A stretch of 64,000 nt of DNA, taken from Enoplolaimus lenunculus (Eukaryota). Where the stretch lies: contig JASANG010000273.1 in the NCBI GenBank assembly GCA_030248215.1, positions 620,001-684,000 of the forward strand, in the 5' to 3' direction. Below are positions 51,176 through 64,000 of the stretch, piece by piece (position 1 is the stretch's first letter; each line of letters begins with the position of its first letter). Below the pieces are notes generated by a model. It did not search any database. It was not told the DNA's origin and saw only the letters and a list, made by a program, of their open reading frames with translations. The position numbers and the translations under genes are program-made.

Positions 51176-54100
51176 ATGCCACAACCTAATTCTTTTCACG
51201 ACGCTAGCGAATCCTCCCCACCTGTTGAAGACATTCCTCCACTGCCACCCGAAGATATTTCAGCTAAGGTTACCGATCCCGATGACCACTTTATGGGATT
51301 TGATGAAAAATTCGGTATTAGAATCATTGATACAGATGTTAGCACTGAAGAATGTTGCACTGATAGTCAACACCTTGCTGTGAAGGGCAACGAGATAAAA
51401 GATCAGAATGATAATATCGAAGGGATTGCGGGCAAATCTGGAGCTGAAATGGACAGTGGAAATTCTCACGCAGAAGTTGGTACGATATGTAATGGGTTTG
51501 TAGATAAATCTGGGATTGAGGGCAGCATTGACAAGCCAACGAGCAGGCGTGTGAATGAAGATTTTGACACGGTAGGCGAAAGATTGGTTTCAAGCTTGAG
51601 CGATGTTCATTGTAATCTGCAGCATGGAAATCCCGGAAGTTCTGCCAATAATGGCTGTGAGGACCAAGATGAGCTTACTGACGTTTCGAACTCCAAACAA
51701 TACAATTCTGGAATTGATGCTCAGACAGTCAACTGTGATACTCAAACTGCAGAAACGGGAGAATTTTCAGTTAGCACGCCAAAAACCAGTAATGTTAAGC
51801 AGCATGAACGATCTGAATTAAATAATATCTTTGTATCTGCAGATACTAGGCAATCTGAACCCAAAAAAGACTCTATGATGGGACCAGAATTCTCTGAATC
51901 TGACCAATGTAATCCTGTTGACTGTAAGGATGGTGCAGTCGCTGGCGATGAGTTTGGTGATGACTTTGGTGACTTTACGGATTTTTCATCTTTTGTAATG
52001 CCATCATCTAGCGATGCTGTAGGTGAAGCTGAACAGCTGTCAGAAAGCGTACGTGCCAAACTGGAATCCAGTATTTGTGCAGTTGACAAAGATTCTACAT
52101 ATCAGTTATGCAGTGATTCAAACGAAACGGCTTATGACGCTGTTGCTAAAATCAATGAACGCTCAGAAAGAGATTCCTGGACAAATCATATTACCTTTGC
52201 GGCCGATTTTGGTGACTGTGCCAACAACACTGCAACTGATCAAGCAGGTGGTGACTGGAGTAATTTTGATTCAATGCCTGATTGTTTGGAGAATACAGAA
52301 GTTGCAGGTATTCAAGCTGGGCAATGTTGGGCACAGGACGATAATCTGACAGAGCAGCGCTCTTCGACCCGCCACGAAAACCAAAGAGTTGACGAAACAC
52401 TTTGTAGCGATGCGTACGAATCAAAGAATACATTTGAAACACCTGGTCAATCAACGATTGATGCGCAAGTGGCCGCTGCTTTTGCCACCGAGGAACTACA
52501 GGTATCTAAGCAGATAGCAAATATTAATAAGTATATACTAAAATTTGCATGTGTAGACAAAAACCGTTATTACGTAACGTGGTGTAATGAACAAATGACC
52601 ACATTGACAGATGCATTTCATTGCATTTTGATAAAAGATTATGTACTACGAGCGTATTAGGGTTACGCCTTCAACTAATTAGTTTAGCCGAAACACAGGA
52701 ATTTAATTTTTTGCCGAAACAAAAATTAAATCTGGAATTGCAATAATTCTAGAAACAGAATTGATGTTTTACTTTTTAATAAACTCGCTGAAAACGTGCC
52801 ATGAGTGATCTCCCGCTTTCTCTAAGCTTGCCGAGATGAAAGGTATAATTTCCAATTCAAACCACCAATTTTACAAACACAAAATTTGTTAATGTTTGAA
52901 TGATTTGGCACAACACTGTAAAATTCCTGTTTCTGCGTTCTGCAGTAGCGGAGGAACAACAGGAATCGGTTTTTTGAAAGAATTTCGGTAGGAGCGTGTA
53001 GCGTATCTAAGAGTTGGTAATATGATTTTTAATGTTTTTGAATTCTTAATTTTTGCGTAACTATGAAAATGTATAGATTTAGTTTTATTTATCAGGTATC
53101 ACTTACTACAACAATACAGCCATACATTCGCTGAATCCTCTACTTCTGGTTTCGGTTCTAAACCACCGATACTCTAAAGCAAAGACCGAGACTTGCCAAA
53201 TGCCGAGACCGAGACTCCCATCACTGTTTAGCGTTGCCATTTGTTTGAACCGGGGAATATTATGCAATAATTTACATGATGTATAAGGTCAAGTTTTCAA
53301 GCCGGTCGTGTACTGTAACCAATTTATATCTAACCAAGTATAAAAACATCAAGTAATTTTTCTTGTTGTTACTATTTGCTAATGGATAGTATTCATTTTA
53401 TGTGCGCTTTGTTAGGTACCCTCTTGTACTAAATGCTTTTTGTTGATGTGTTGTAGTTTTCTTAAGCTTTTTATTTTCAGGATTTTGAATCAACTGAGCA
53501 GTATTTATCATGTGCTTTTGATGTAATAACGGATGATTCTGCGAACGAAGACAAGTCTTACTCGCCTTACAACTCTGTGGTTTGTGATTCCACATACTCG
53601 TTTCGCATTGTTCGATATATACCGAGACAAGCTAAGCTGAGCGGAAAGCCGTAAGCTGCTTTTAGCATAATATGAACTGCTAATGTAGATACCTATACCA
53701 TTTTACGTTTTGTTTTGTTATTTGAAAAGATCATTATTCAAAAATAATTATTCAAAACAGTATTTAATTTCTAACTCTTTTGTCAGTTTGTTTATTGTTA
53801 AGTCTAAATTCAAAATCATGAAGCAGGTGGTTTCTTTACTACGATCTTTAGATAATAGAGAAAAAGGAATTTATATCCGACTAAGCTCAAGTAGCTATGT
53901 CTGTTTAGTACAGGTTCTTCTTTTGTTCAACTCTTATTGTATATTATATTTTTTGTGAATGAAAAACGTCTTAGAGATTGAGATACTTTTAAACATGTTG
54001 TCCTTATTTGTTTTGTAAAATGTAAGAAGAGTTGAAAAATTTTGAGACCTCGCGAGCACTTTCTGTAGGTCGCTGTGGGATCTGTTGGAAATCATTGAAG

Positions 54101-57100
54101 ATTGTCATGCGTTGAAAATGACGTGGTCGTCGTGTAAATTCCAGTCACGTTCATTTAACGCAATTGATATCAATGCTGCAGTGGTAAGGCTTGGCAACAG
54201 GCACAAGCTTTTGTTGTGGAATAATGCAGAACTCGGTTTGGCTGGAACTTGTATTGCAATAACGAACTGAAGCAATGAAATTTTATTGGGGGCGGTGCTG
54301 AACTTGGTGACAATTACCCATATAACATCACCGATTATTACGAATATTTCCCTCATAAGGAAACAGCTTGCTTGTGGGATTTGCTCCTGTAGAACACATG
54401 CATGAATATGGGGTTTTCCTTAGTTAACTACACTACGATATATAGGATAAAGTTTATATGGTAACGATGGATATAAAGAATAATATGTTTTGAAATTTGG
54501 TTGCTTGGTGCAGTAATTATTGTCGTTTAGGCTGCACTTAAAGCTAATGAACCCACCGGTCCCTACGCTGCGCAACTTGGTGGCGTTCTCATTCCGCAGA
54601 AAGTTACCGCAACTTCGACGAAAAGCTCAAATAGTTGTTCTGCGGCGGGTGATAACAGTGTTAGCTCAACTGCGAGCTCTGAAAATACGCAAAGTTGGTT
54701 CCAACCGATGGTAAGGGTTTGTACTATTGTCTGTTAAATTGCTGAATGTATTTTTGCTTGATCATCACAACCTTAAAATACGATATATGAGGGATTGCTC
54801 CGCACTAGGAATTCATTAGTTTGTTCTGCGAAATAAACAAAAACCGGAACTCTATATGTATAACTCGGTGGTGCGACCGGATATCGGCTATGGCATAAAA
54901 TCTACATCCGGTTCCGGTATCCTACATTCCGCGATATTTATTGCTTACGAAGAAACACAGTTTAAAAACCTTTGTAATAACAAAATTACGTATATCAAAC
55001 TGTAGCAAACAATACAAAAACAGCGTGATTCAATTTTAGTTTTGATCGAAATATGCGGTGAAATATCTAGTTTCTGTAGCGACCGGAGCCGGATATTTAA
55101 GCGTCTAGCTGCGGTTTTTCTCAGAAGTGGATATTGAATTTTATCGAGCTGCGGTATTTTTGGTATCCGATCGCGTTCTGGTATAGCTCCTGTTACATGT
55201 TTATTGTTTAACAGTCGCTGTTTTTCTTTTTGCATCATTCGTTACCAGCTTGGATACAATGGTGTATAGTGCTATGGTGATGGTAATTATTATAGCCAAC
55301 CACTAACCAAACATGTAACCATATATACGTATTCTGATAGGATGTTTAGTTTTGCATTACAGCAGCAATGTTAGCAAACAATTTTAAAAACTATAGTTCC
55401 GCCCTAAATCATTCACATTTGGAGTTATGTTGATTTTGATTGCCCTTGAAACCAATTGTAGTTAGTATATTTCACGGTGTAGTTTGCATGATATTCGCCA
55501 ATGAACTCTCCTTCCACATTTCTGTACCGCTTTACATTTGTATGAATTAATAATGCTTAAGAGTACAAAAAATCACTGAAATTGTCACGGAAAGATATTC
55601 CTAACGGGTGCCAATTTTTTCCCCTAAATCAGTTTCCAACCAATTATTAAAACGCGTGTTATATAATCACCGTATGTTTTAACTTAGATATCATGGCTTG
55701 CCATTTACCACCTTTCCTTATTTAAAAACTTAGCTGCTTTCGCGAAGTTTTTAAACAAGATTTTTATTTGATGTCCTGATGCTTGTGTATGGTTCTAGAC
55801 GCTAGGCACGAAAAACGTGTGCAGTTCAAGTGAAATATCGAGTGTATTTTGTGGTGGCGGTGACGCGGATAGCAGTATTGCGGATTTAGTCGCACAAAAG
55901 CTCAATGATTATTCACATCCGAAAAGTACAACAACAACAAATATAAATACTCAACAACAGTCAAATGCTAGTAACAGTACAGTGGCTTCTATACGTCCAG
56001 TAACCGATAATGCGGGAAAAGCTGTGATATCAGCTCAGTGCTCCTCTGGGTCTTTTTGTGATGAGGGCAGTGAAAGGAAATGTTCAAAGGCAACCGGCAG
56101 TGGTGCCATGTGCAACCCAGCGACGACAAACGCTTCCGATAAAGATAGGACTCAAGATGATTCGTGGGTAAGAAGCGTCAGTGGGGATCCAGAAATTTAT
56201 GACGGGGGCACGCAATAAATTATGAAAAACCTTCTCGAGCAAAGCGAGCGATTATTCAAAAGCAATTTTGGTGACACAGAATTAAACATTTTTCAAGGCT
56301 GGAATATATATCATTTTATCATCGAACAATTTTGCGATGGGTTGCGCTCCTCCGCCCTCTCGTTTGGGCTGACTGAGGATGGAAGATTTGCCGAGTAAGA
56401 ATATGCCCCTCACCCCCACGGTGGAAATGGCAGTCTGCTTTGTTTAAACTTGAGGAAAATTTTGCAATAGAAGCAAGTTTGAGCGACAACTAATTTTTAA
56501 CCGATTTTAATATAGGTCGGAAGTATCAATGTGGGATTTAATATAGAATGTCCTGTAACAGTTGATGAAAATTATTGTTTGTTGTGTTTTTTATATTAAA
56601 TTGCTCATTATTTTTATTGATTTCGCTAACATTAACCCGTTTTGGCTTCGCCGATTAACACCGTTTTCTGGGAACTCTCGGTGATGGCTCTGTATTGTTT
56701 AGCGTTAGGCATTTGAATTATATCATAAAACCCTCTAAACTTTTGCTTTTTACTGTCCGATGAATATTATCTTCGTTACATGCTTGCCCTATTTATTTAA
56801 CGCTTGTGAGTTGTGTAAAGCAGATACTGTTAAATACTGTTACTATGTTTGGGATACGATCCCAAAGCCTATAAGTGTTAAAGTTGTATACCATTACAAC
56901 GGAACTTAAAATAACTACAACGCGTGACTGATATATGGGTAATTATTTTTAGAAAACGTTCGATCCTGTGTCCGGCCAAAATATCGCGCAATTTAATATT
57001 CCTTTATCGTCCGGCAATGTTCAAGGTAAGTAAGATTTTCGGTGTCGTTTTAATATGAAGACGACTAAAATATGTTCAGTGGTACGTAAAATAAGAATAA

Positions 57101-60100
57101 TACTTGACCATAATATACGCGGTTACAGGTAGATCAAGTTCGCGGTAGGTATTCTGAGGTGTCTGAATACTGTTCAATATCATTTTAACCACCCAATTAT
57201 ATGTACCTAAATTCTCGGGCCGGCTCGGGTAAAATTCGTTGACCTTCTGGAATTTATTTTCGCAAACACGTCATGATTTACTTGTAATTTCGGTGATGCT
57301 ATTTAAAAATTTAATTTTACTTTTCTATATTTATTTCAAATTCTTCGTGAAATGTAGTCAGTTTCGTTGACAATTAACTTATATTTTGACACTAGATAAT
57401 TGAGCGAAGCGACACTCCGAGCCAAGCTCGGAGTTTCGCGAAGCGTTTTGTTTTGTACTTTGGGGTCGAAAGGTGGATGTCCGTCTGTCCGTCCGAAAAG
57501 AATCTCAGGAACGGCTGAACCGATTTTGACAAACTTTTTTTATTTGAAAGATAATTATCCTGGGGTGTTAACCTCGCATTGGGGTTTTAAAATTTTATGT
57601 CGTTTATTAGCTACAGGCTAATTTGCCTAATTAGTTAAGCCTAAATTAGGACTTTCTACATTATTTCACTAATTATTATAGTTACTAGCAATCTAATTTC
57701 AGCATTAAAGGGTTTTTGGGTGCGAGGAATCTAAATAGACTGTTTACAAACCTCTAAAACCGATAATTGAGTAGTTAGCTAATAGGTAATTTGCATATTA
57801 GCATAGTTTATACGTAAGCCTAAATTAGGACTTTTTACCATATTTCAGTAATTATTAAGGTTAAAAGCAATCTAATTTCAACGCTAAAGGGTTTTTAGGT
57901 GCGAGGAATTTGAATAAATCGTTTACAAACACCTAAAACCGGTAATTGAATAATTAGTTATTAGCTAATTTGCATGTAAGCATAATTGATAAGCCTAAAT
58001 TAAGCATTTTTACAATGTTTCACTAATGATTGGGTTACAAGCAATCTAATTTCAGCAGTAATGGGTTTTTGGTGTGCGGAATTTGAAAAAATTGTCTACA
58101 AACCCTCAAAACCGATAGTCGCATAGTTTGCTAATAGTCAATTTGCATATAAGTTTAATTGACATGACAAAATTAGGACTTTTTAAATTTAATTATTAGG
58201 GTGACTGAAGGGTTTTTGGGTGCGAGAAATCTGAGCAAATTGTTTACAAACCTCAAAAACCGATAAATGAAGAGTTAGGTGATAACTAATTTGCATATTA
58301 CCTTAATTGCTTACGCGTGTTCGAGCTTCGCTCAATAAATGTAGTCCCACTAAGACTGGTATTAGTAATGTAACATGGTATTTGAATCTTTTTTGTTATA
58401 AACTGTGTAGTTGTTGTTGTCAGGTGACACAGAAAAGATGGGGTTTATTGGATTGGAGTTAAATTTTTCAAAAATTAATGTCTTCTGCAATCCGAGTGGT
58501 AAGTTTTAGGTGAACGGTTTGTGTGGTTTGCGGAAAAATGTGGCTCTGAAAATAACATGTTGCTTACGTGGTAGGTATTCGGAATATTAGTGATAAATGA
58601 CAATCATTATTTCAACAAAAACTGAATTTTAGCTGAACACGAACATTATTAAATTTTTAATAAGAATAAAAACAGGATGCGGAATTTGAAATAATTTTAA
58701 CCACTGATTAACTATATTATAATAATTTTTCAGCTACTAAATTTTCAATGTTTAATAATAATAAATAGTTTGAACAGAAATTTGAAAATTGCGGATCCTG
58801 CGTCTTTGAGTAACTGACCGGGCGCAAAGATTGAGGTTTTGTAGATATTTTGGTGCAACTCTAGTAAAAGTACGGTTTCAGGTGGTTTGGGCTTGCATGA
58901 CTTGGATCAGTTGGAGAAGCTCGAGACCACAAAGGCGAAACCTGCACCAAGCGCTGTGAGCAACATTGGTAAGAACTTAAATCGATTTTAGCTTTTGCAA
59001 TATTTTTGTACAAATATGATTACAATAAGCATTACACATTGTTCAGACGGCTTTTAGCAGTTTTGCCAGAACTGCTATTTGTTGTTTGTAGCCATATAGG
59101 AAACATTTATTTGAAAATTATATTTTCCGTAATGAAACGCTCGGATTTATATATATACTGACTGTCATTTTTCGCTTTTTATCTCTAACTGTTTTTAACT
59201 TTCAGACTGCGCTGGTTTACTTGATCTGGATCCACTAGCACTTTCAAATAGTTTACAGTTATCCACCAATCAAGGTATGAACGTTGTTCTGTTTTCAAAA
59301 ACTTTTATTTGGTTTTCTTAAGCCAAAATCGTAACATGGTTGAATGGTTTTAGTTAGAGTTCACGACTGTGGAGCTGCTGTATATATTAAAAACAGAACA
59401 TTACTTGAATATAAATTATAAATTTATATATCGGAATAAAGGTCAATACAAAAATATTGAATTTAAATAATGCACCGCTTTTATGAGAACTCAATGGAAT
59501 ATATATGTCTATAACGTTTACAAGCAGCTCATTTTATAAACATTTTGATTCTTTTGTGACCAGTGGCCTGTTCTAACTAATATACAGAAAAAGTCAACAA
59601 GTGATATATTGTATTATGTTGTTCACTGTTCGAAAAACCAGAAAACTGGTTCAGAAATTCTGCAAATGTTTGAAAAATCAAAGTAGTTAGCCCAACGATT
59701 CCTGTATTTTAGTATTGTTTACGATTAACGATTTAGGTTCAAAAATATTCCCATCGTTGCCAGTTGCATCTGTAAACTACTCACCTAGTACACAACAACG
59801 AAACACGACTAACAAAACTAGCGCTAAAAGTCAGTCGACAAGCATTTCTGGGACGATGTCTAGTACTTCTGTAACCCAAATTAATGACCCTTTCGCGTCC
59901 ATAGCACCGTTCAGTATGGTATCTGGTGGAGGGAACGCTGGCGTCGGGACACGAAATGTTAAATTCATAACTGCTTCTGGTGGTCATCAACGATTCTCAC
60001 CAGGGACACAAGCTCGTCGATCAGGTGCACAAGAAAGCACTATGGCGACAAGTAGCATTCCAAGGTTGCCGGCTGCACCGTCTGGACCTCAACAAGCTCT

Positions 60101-60215
60101 ATCGTCGCTGGGTACGACAGGATCTACTAGACATTCGTCGAAGAACAAAGCCAATACAGTAACAGCGCGCGGTGATCGCAAAATTGACTTTTTTGGTCGT
60201 CTGGATGAGTTATAG
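51176..60215 (+). CDS. AFTPH: Aftiphilin-like AP-1/clathrin accessory protein, ~980 aa
   Basis: Exons 51176-52501, 53481-53650, 54069-54183, 54531-54710, 55799-56167, 56953-57025, 58424-58498, 58882-58968, 59206-59274 and 59737-60215 (2943 nt, in frame). Acidic N-half with gamma-ear-binding motifs DEFGDDFGDFTDF, DFGD and DWSNF. Block SLWDLLEIIEDCHALKMTWSS...PYAAQLG resembles the aftiphilin conserved domain, and a clathrin box LLDLD is present. The 3' exons are less certain than the 5' exons. Confidence 0.75.
57399..58362 (+). mobile_element. Helentron-associated (HINE/DINE-1-like) element with internal ~177-bp tandem repeats
   Basis: 12-bp subterminal inverted repeat ATTGAGCGAAGC (57399) / GCTTCGCTCAAT (58325). 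5' hairpin ACTCCGAGC-CAA-GCTCGGAGT, (GTCY)n tract, a short 3' stem-loop, and about 4 tandem units between 57610 and 58310. Confidence 0.75.
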
Positions 60216-60597
60216 GGCTAAGCGTTAAGGTTGGGACACTTTTTTAATGTACGCAACGTAAATGTCTGTGAGCTCAGTATTAGTGCTTTGGCAGAAAGTC
60301 GTTGTCTAGCCCCAAATTTAAAGTTTCGTTAGTCGACTTTTTGGTCAAACTTTACCTACATGTGGCAGATAATAGTTGACCTTGTATTGATTGGATGTAG
60401 TGTTGATGCTATGGGTTTTGTTGGCGGACGTGACGGATGAAATTTAAGGTGTTCAGTACGCGACTGTGAAGCTTGAACCGCGGGTAAAAACGGTCGCTGG
60501 TCCCTCCCGGTGCTGATCGAATGCTGGATATGGTGTATGATTTAAATTATATAGCTACATACATAGGATGGCGTCATTGCCGTATTATTGACCGATC

Positions 60598-60686
60598 GGA
60601 TCATGGGGCAATGTTGTTCTGGAGATATGTACATGTATGAAAGGATCATTGGGCAAGGTTCTTCTGGAGACACATGTATGAACATT
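60598..60686. repeat. Short tandem duplication, 2 x ~45 bp
   Basis: GGATCAT(G/T)GGGCAA..GTT..TTCTGGAGA...ACATGTATGAA occurs twice. Confidence 0.8.
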
Positions 60687-63578
60687 AAAGTGAAGCTTCG
60701 CTGAATTTCTATTAAGCATCGCCCGCCACACAGCGTTTTGGTCGTATATAGTTAATATGTAGGAATCCTGTGTACGTTGAAAGTTTTGCTTGATATGAAT
60801 ATTGTGCCCATAAGTAGTCGCTCGCAAATTATTTATTATAAAAACAAAGCGATGCTAGTTGTACAAACAAAAGTTCAATCTTAAATATTGGTTTATAATA
60901 GTTTTCCATCGAAAGAGTGATGTTCTTAGTTCGGTTACTAGTGCAATTCTACTGCGAAGATGGATTACAAAATTATCTAATTATAGAGTCTTCGGCCGTG
61001 TAACACATTTTTGTCGTATTTTATACTTCTCTTTGAGCATTGATGTTATAAATGAGATTGTGTTTAGGAATTTTACGAATCACCACTTGGTGATAGATCT
61101 TGTAACTTTCGAATCAGCAAATGATGAGCTTATAAATTCAGAACATTGGTTTGCATTTGATTTACCCTACTGCAAATTTTGAAATCTGTCATTGCTGGAG
61201 TTGGTCAGTTTGCCAATCTATGTAACTAACTGGCAATAGATGCTATGTGCATTTGACAGTATGACCTAGATTTGAGGTATAGGTGTTGGCCAACTAAGCC
61301 TAGGCCGCGTAGCGCAGCGTGTTACAAATACAATGAAATACTACATGCTACACACGGCAGCGCGCAGCACCGTGCAATCCATAGTATTATTAACATGCGT
61401 GTGGTGAGTATACCACAAGCCTACTTTTGCTACAAATGAGGTACCTATAATTTGTTTTTGTATCCAGGTACATCTTTGAGCCTTGCGCTTTTAATACTCA
61501 ATACCTTTCCGATAACGTTGGCAAATGTATAGTTTACACAGTAATCTAAAATATTGTAAGAAATATAAAATGTGAAATTTTAATAACAGTTGTTTCGGAC
61601 TATTTTGAGTTTTTGTATGTCGTGCGGTAGTTTGTAATAATGCAGTTACAAGTATTTTTCGAACGATAATCCACATTGTCATGATTGAAACTGTGGAGGA
61701 TTTGTAAAAAATTGAGGGTGAAATATATTATTCTGCCCAACTGTACGTGGAAAATATGTGTTTCTATTTATTTGGTAGGTATACATTGTGTTTCTAAGGT
61801 AATACTTTAGAGGGAATTGTCTGTTAATAATACATATGAAAAGCGTTAATAGGAAGTCTAGTTGAAACCAAAAACATTTTTTGTCAGGGACGTTCATGGG
61901 CTTTTTCAGTTAGTAACAGTATAGACCAACCGTCAGTTATTATAGAACGCAGCCCCGTTTCTGAAAACCTATTTGCGCCGCAGACGGTACCCAAAATGAA
62001 CCAAAAACTTTGCCTGATGTTTCAGCATAAGTGTGAAATAAAAATGTAGGTATGTTTCCACGGTGCAAAGTTTATGGGTCAGTTTTATGTTACGGCATTG
62101 CAGTATAGAACGGAGCGATGTGGTTATGAAATGTCATCGTTGATAGCATACGTTTTGGTAGGAAGCAGCGGTATGATTTTATGGATGTTTTTGTCACATA
62201 CTTTAACCGTAAAACGAAAGTTTTGTTGGTTACATACTTTGTCTTTGCTTTGTGTAACGTTTAACATATAATTGACATCGATATGTTCTGTATCTTTATA
62301 TTATATATTTCCTTATAGTGTTTTGTCTCATGTTTTGAATTGTTTTTGAACGATTTTAGTCTTGAAGGTTTAAAGTAGGAGGCACATCCCCCCACCACAA
62401 TGTTCAGGTTGCGGGGTACAGCCAACCCAATATTGTCCAGAGCTCGCAATGTCAAACTGTCAAATACCTTTTCCACCAACACAACCCAAGCCGTTATTAA
62501 ATTTGTACGCTTTAGGCTGCCAGCAAAATACGTAATATACACTGATATCGGTAAAAAATATCCAAACCACGGTGTAAACGGATAGCAAAAATAGCGAACA
62601 CAGAAACGTATAGTGATCAAAATAACGGAAACGCAAATCTTATATTAAATTGCAAAAACGTATAACCGCCAAAGAAACACCGCGCTTAGTGAAGTAATCA
62701 GTCTGAACTTCAGAGTATTGAAAAACAGTATAGCGGATATATTGACGTAAATATTAAAGTTACGGGCTGATTAAACTTTATTAGGTCAATTCAGCGAACA
62801 AACTGTTTCAACGCTTCGAATGCAGGGCCGGAACCGACACCCCACATACGCCGCTTTTGGGGGCCCACCCCAACCGGATAAAACAAAAACCGCGGAAGTT
62901 TTGAAATGCTTCTAGCTTCTCGAAAAGCGAAAAAAGCTTTCGCGATACCGTAGAGTTAAAGCGAATACCTCATTTTACTGGTACATCTTGTTTCACATGT
63001 TTTCGCAAAACAATGTGCTTTTGGCAAAAACACTTTTCCTGTCGACCATTTTAGGTATCATTGTGCCCCCAACGCGGAATTTTAGGAATTATACTATTTT
63101 GTTTTAATGTGAATAAACTATATTAAAGGAGTGTTGGTGATAATTATCAATAAAACAAACTGCTCTGTCAATTTTAAAAAGGAGTGCTAATTTTCAACGT
63201 TTCAGTCCGGGTATAATTGGTAAAAATTGATGTCAGTTTCTGCTTACATTAGAACTACCGATAACTATTTTTATTTAGGTACTCAGTACTCACCACACCG
63301 CAGGTTGTTCAGTTTATCTATACTAGTATATATGCCAGGCAGGGTGCAACCGGAGGTGAAATATACCAGAGCCGGAGGTCAACCGGAGCCGGAAGCGAGG
63401 AGAAATTGGAGAAATTAGATAGTATAAATGATGGTTAATTAGATATCATTTTAGCCAATATCTGCAATATGTTGTTAAGTTGTTTGGTTTTACGCTAATT
63501 TTCTGCTAAAATTCGGCATTTCTTTATTGAAAATTGTGACAAGTAAAACAAAACGTGTTAAACAGTAAAAGGTTCGGC

Positions 63579-63903
63579 GGTCAATGTTACTTTTAGAGCC
63601 GTAACAGTAGATTAAGGATATTACTAAGCTTACGCTAAGCGTTGCAAAAATGTGTTCCTAAGCCTAAAGCGTAATCCTTATCCCACTGTTTTTTCTGGAG
63701 ATTTTTGGACAAACATTTATGCTAGTTTAATATCTGAATTGTTTGAATTTTGGCATAAAACTATTTGATTGGATGGTCCATGTTACTTTAAGGGTCGTCC
63801 AGGTTTCTGGAGGGTCCATAAAAGGGCGGGTTTAGATTCTAGATTACATTTTTTTGCTTGGATTAAGCTTAACACATTTTTGCTACGCTTAGGTTTATGC
63901 GTA
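63579..63903. mobile_element. Two truncated copies of the telomere-repeat GGCC-TIR MITE
   Basis: 63579-63680 matches the left part of the 14778 element. 63775-63903 matches its right part in inverted orientation. Confidence 0.75.
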
Positions 63904-64000
63904 CACTATAAATTCCATTGACTTGATTTTAACTCAGAATGAGTTGAATCAGTCAGTCTGAGTTAGGACTATCAGAACTCAGAATTTTGAGTTGATTAAA

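Noticed and set aside
1..64000. Autonomous transposase/RT, rRNA, spliceosomal snRNA, SL RNA or hammerhead ribozyme
   Set aside because: No diagnostic motifs were found by eye. Divergent copies cannot be excluded without Rfam/HMM searches.

Overview
AT-rich, intron-rich eukaryotic genomic DNA, most likely from a nematode: degenerate TTAGGC telomere-type repeats, TTTCAG acceptors, and unpaired acceptors just before start codons. Four spliced protein-coding genes were rebuilt by hand with continuous frames and GT-AG junctions. They are a signal peptide/LRR/LRRCT/transmembrane protein (-, 2 exons), nuclear cap-binding protein CBP80/NCBP1 (-, 22 exons), RNA polymerase III subunit RPC7/POLR3G-like (-, 5 exons) and an aftiphilin-like clathrin-adaptor accessory protein (+, about 10 exons). 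Introns and intergenic DNA are packed with non-autonomous transposons, many with readable TIRs and target-site duplications, plus tRNA-derived SINE-like pieces and minisatellites. The most unusual signal is one GGCC-ended TIR family with 8-bp TSDs (Merlin-like by inference). It carries either degenerate telomeric TTAGGC repeats or a ~1 kb G-rich minisatellite apparently derived from its own TIR. No transposase, rRNA or CRISPR array was seen. All homology calls come from recalled family motifs, not database searches.
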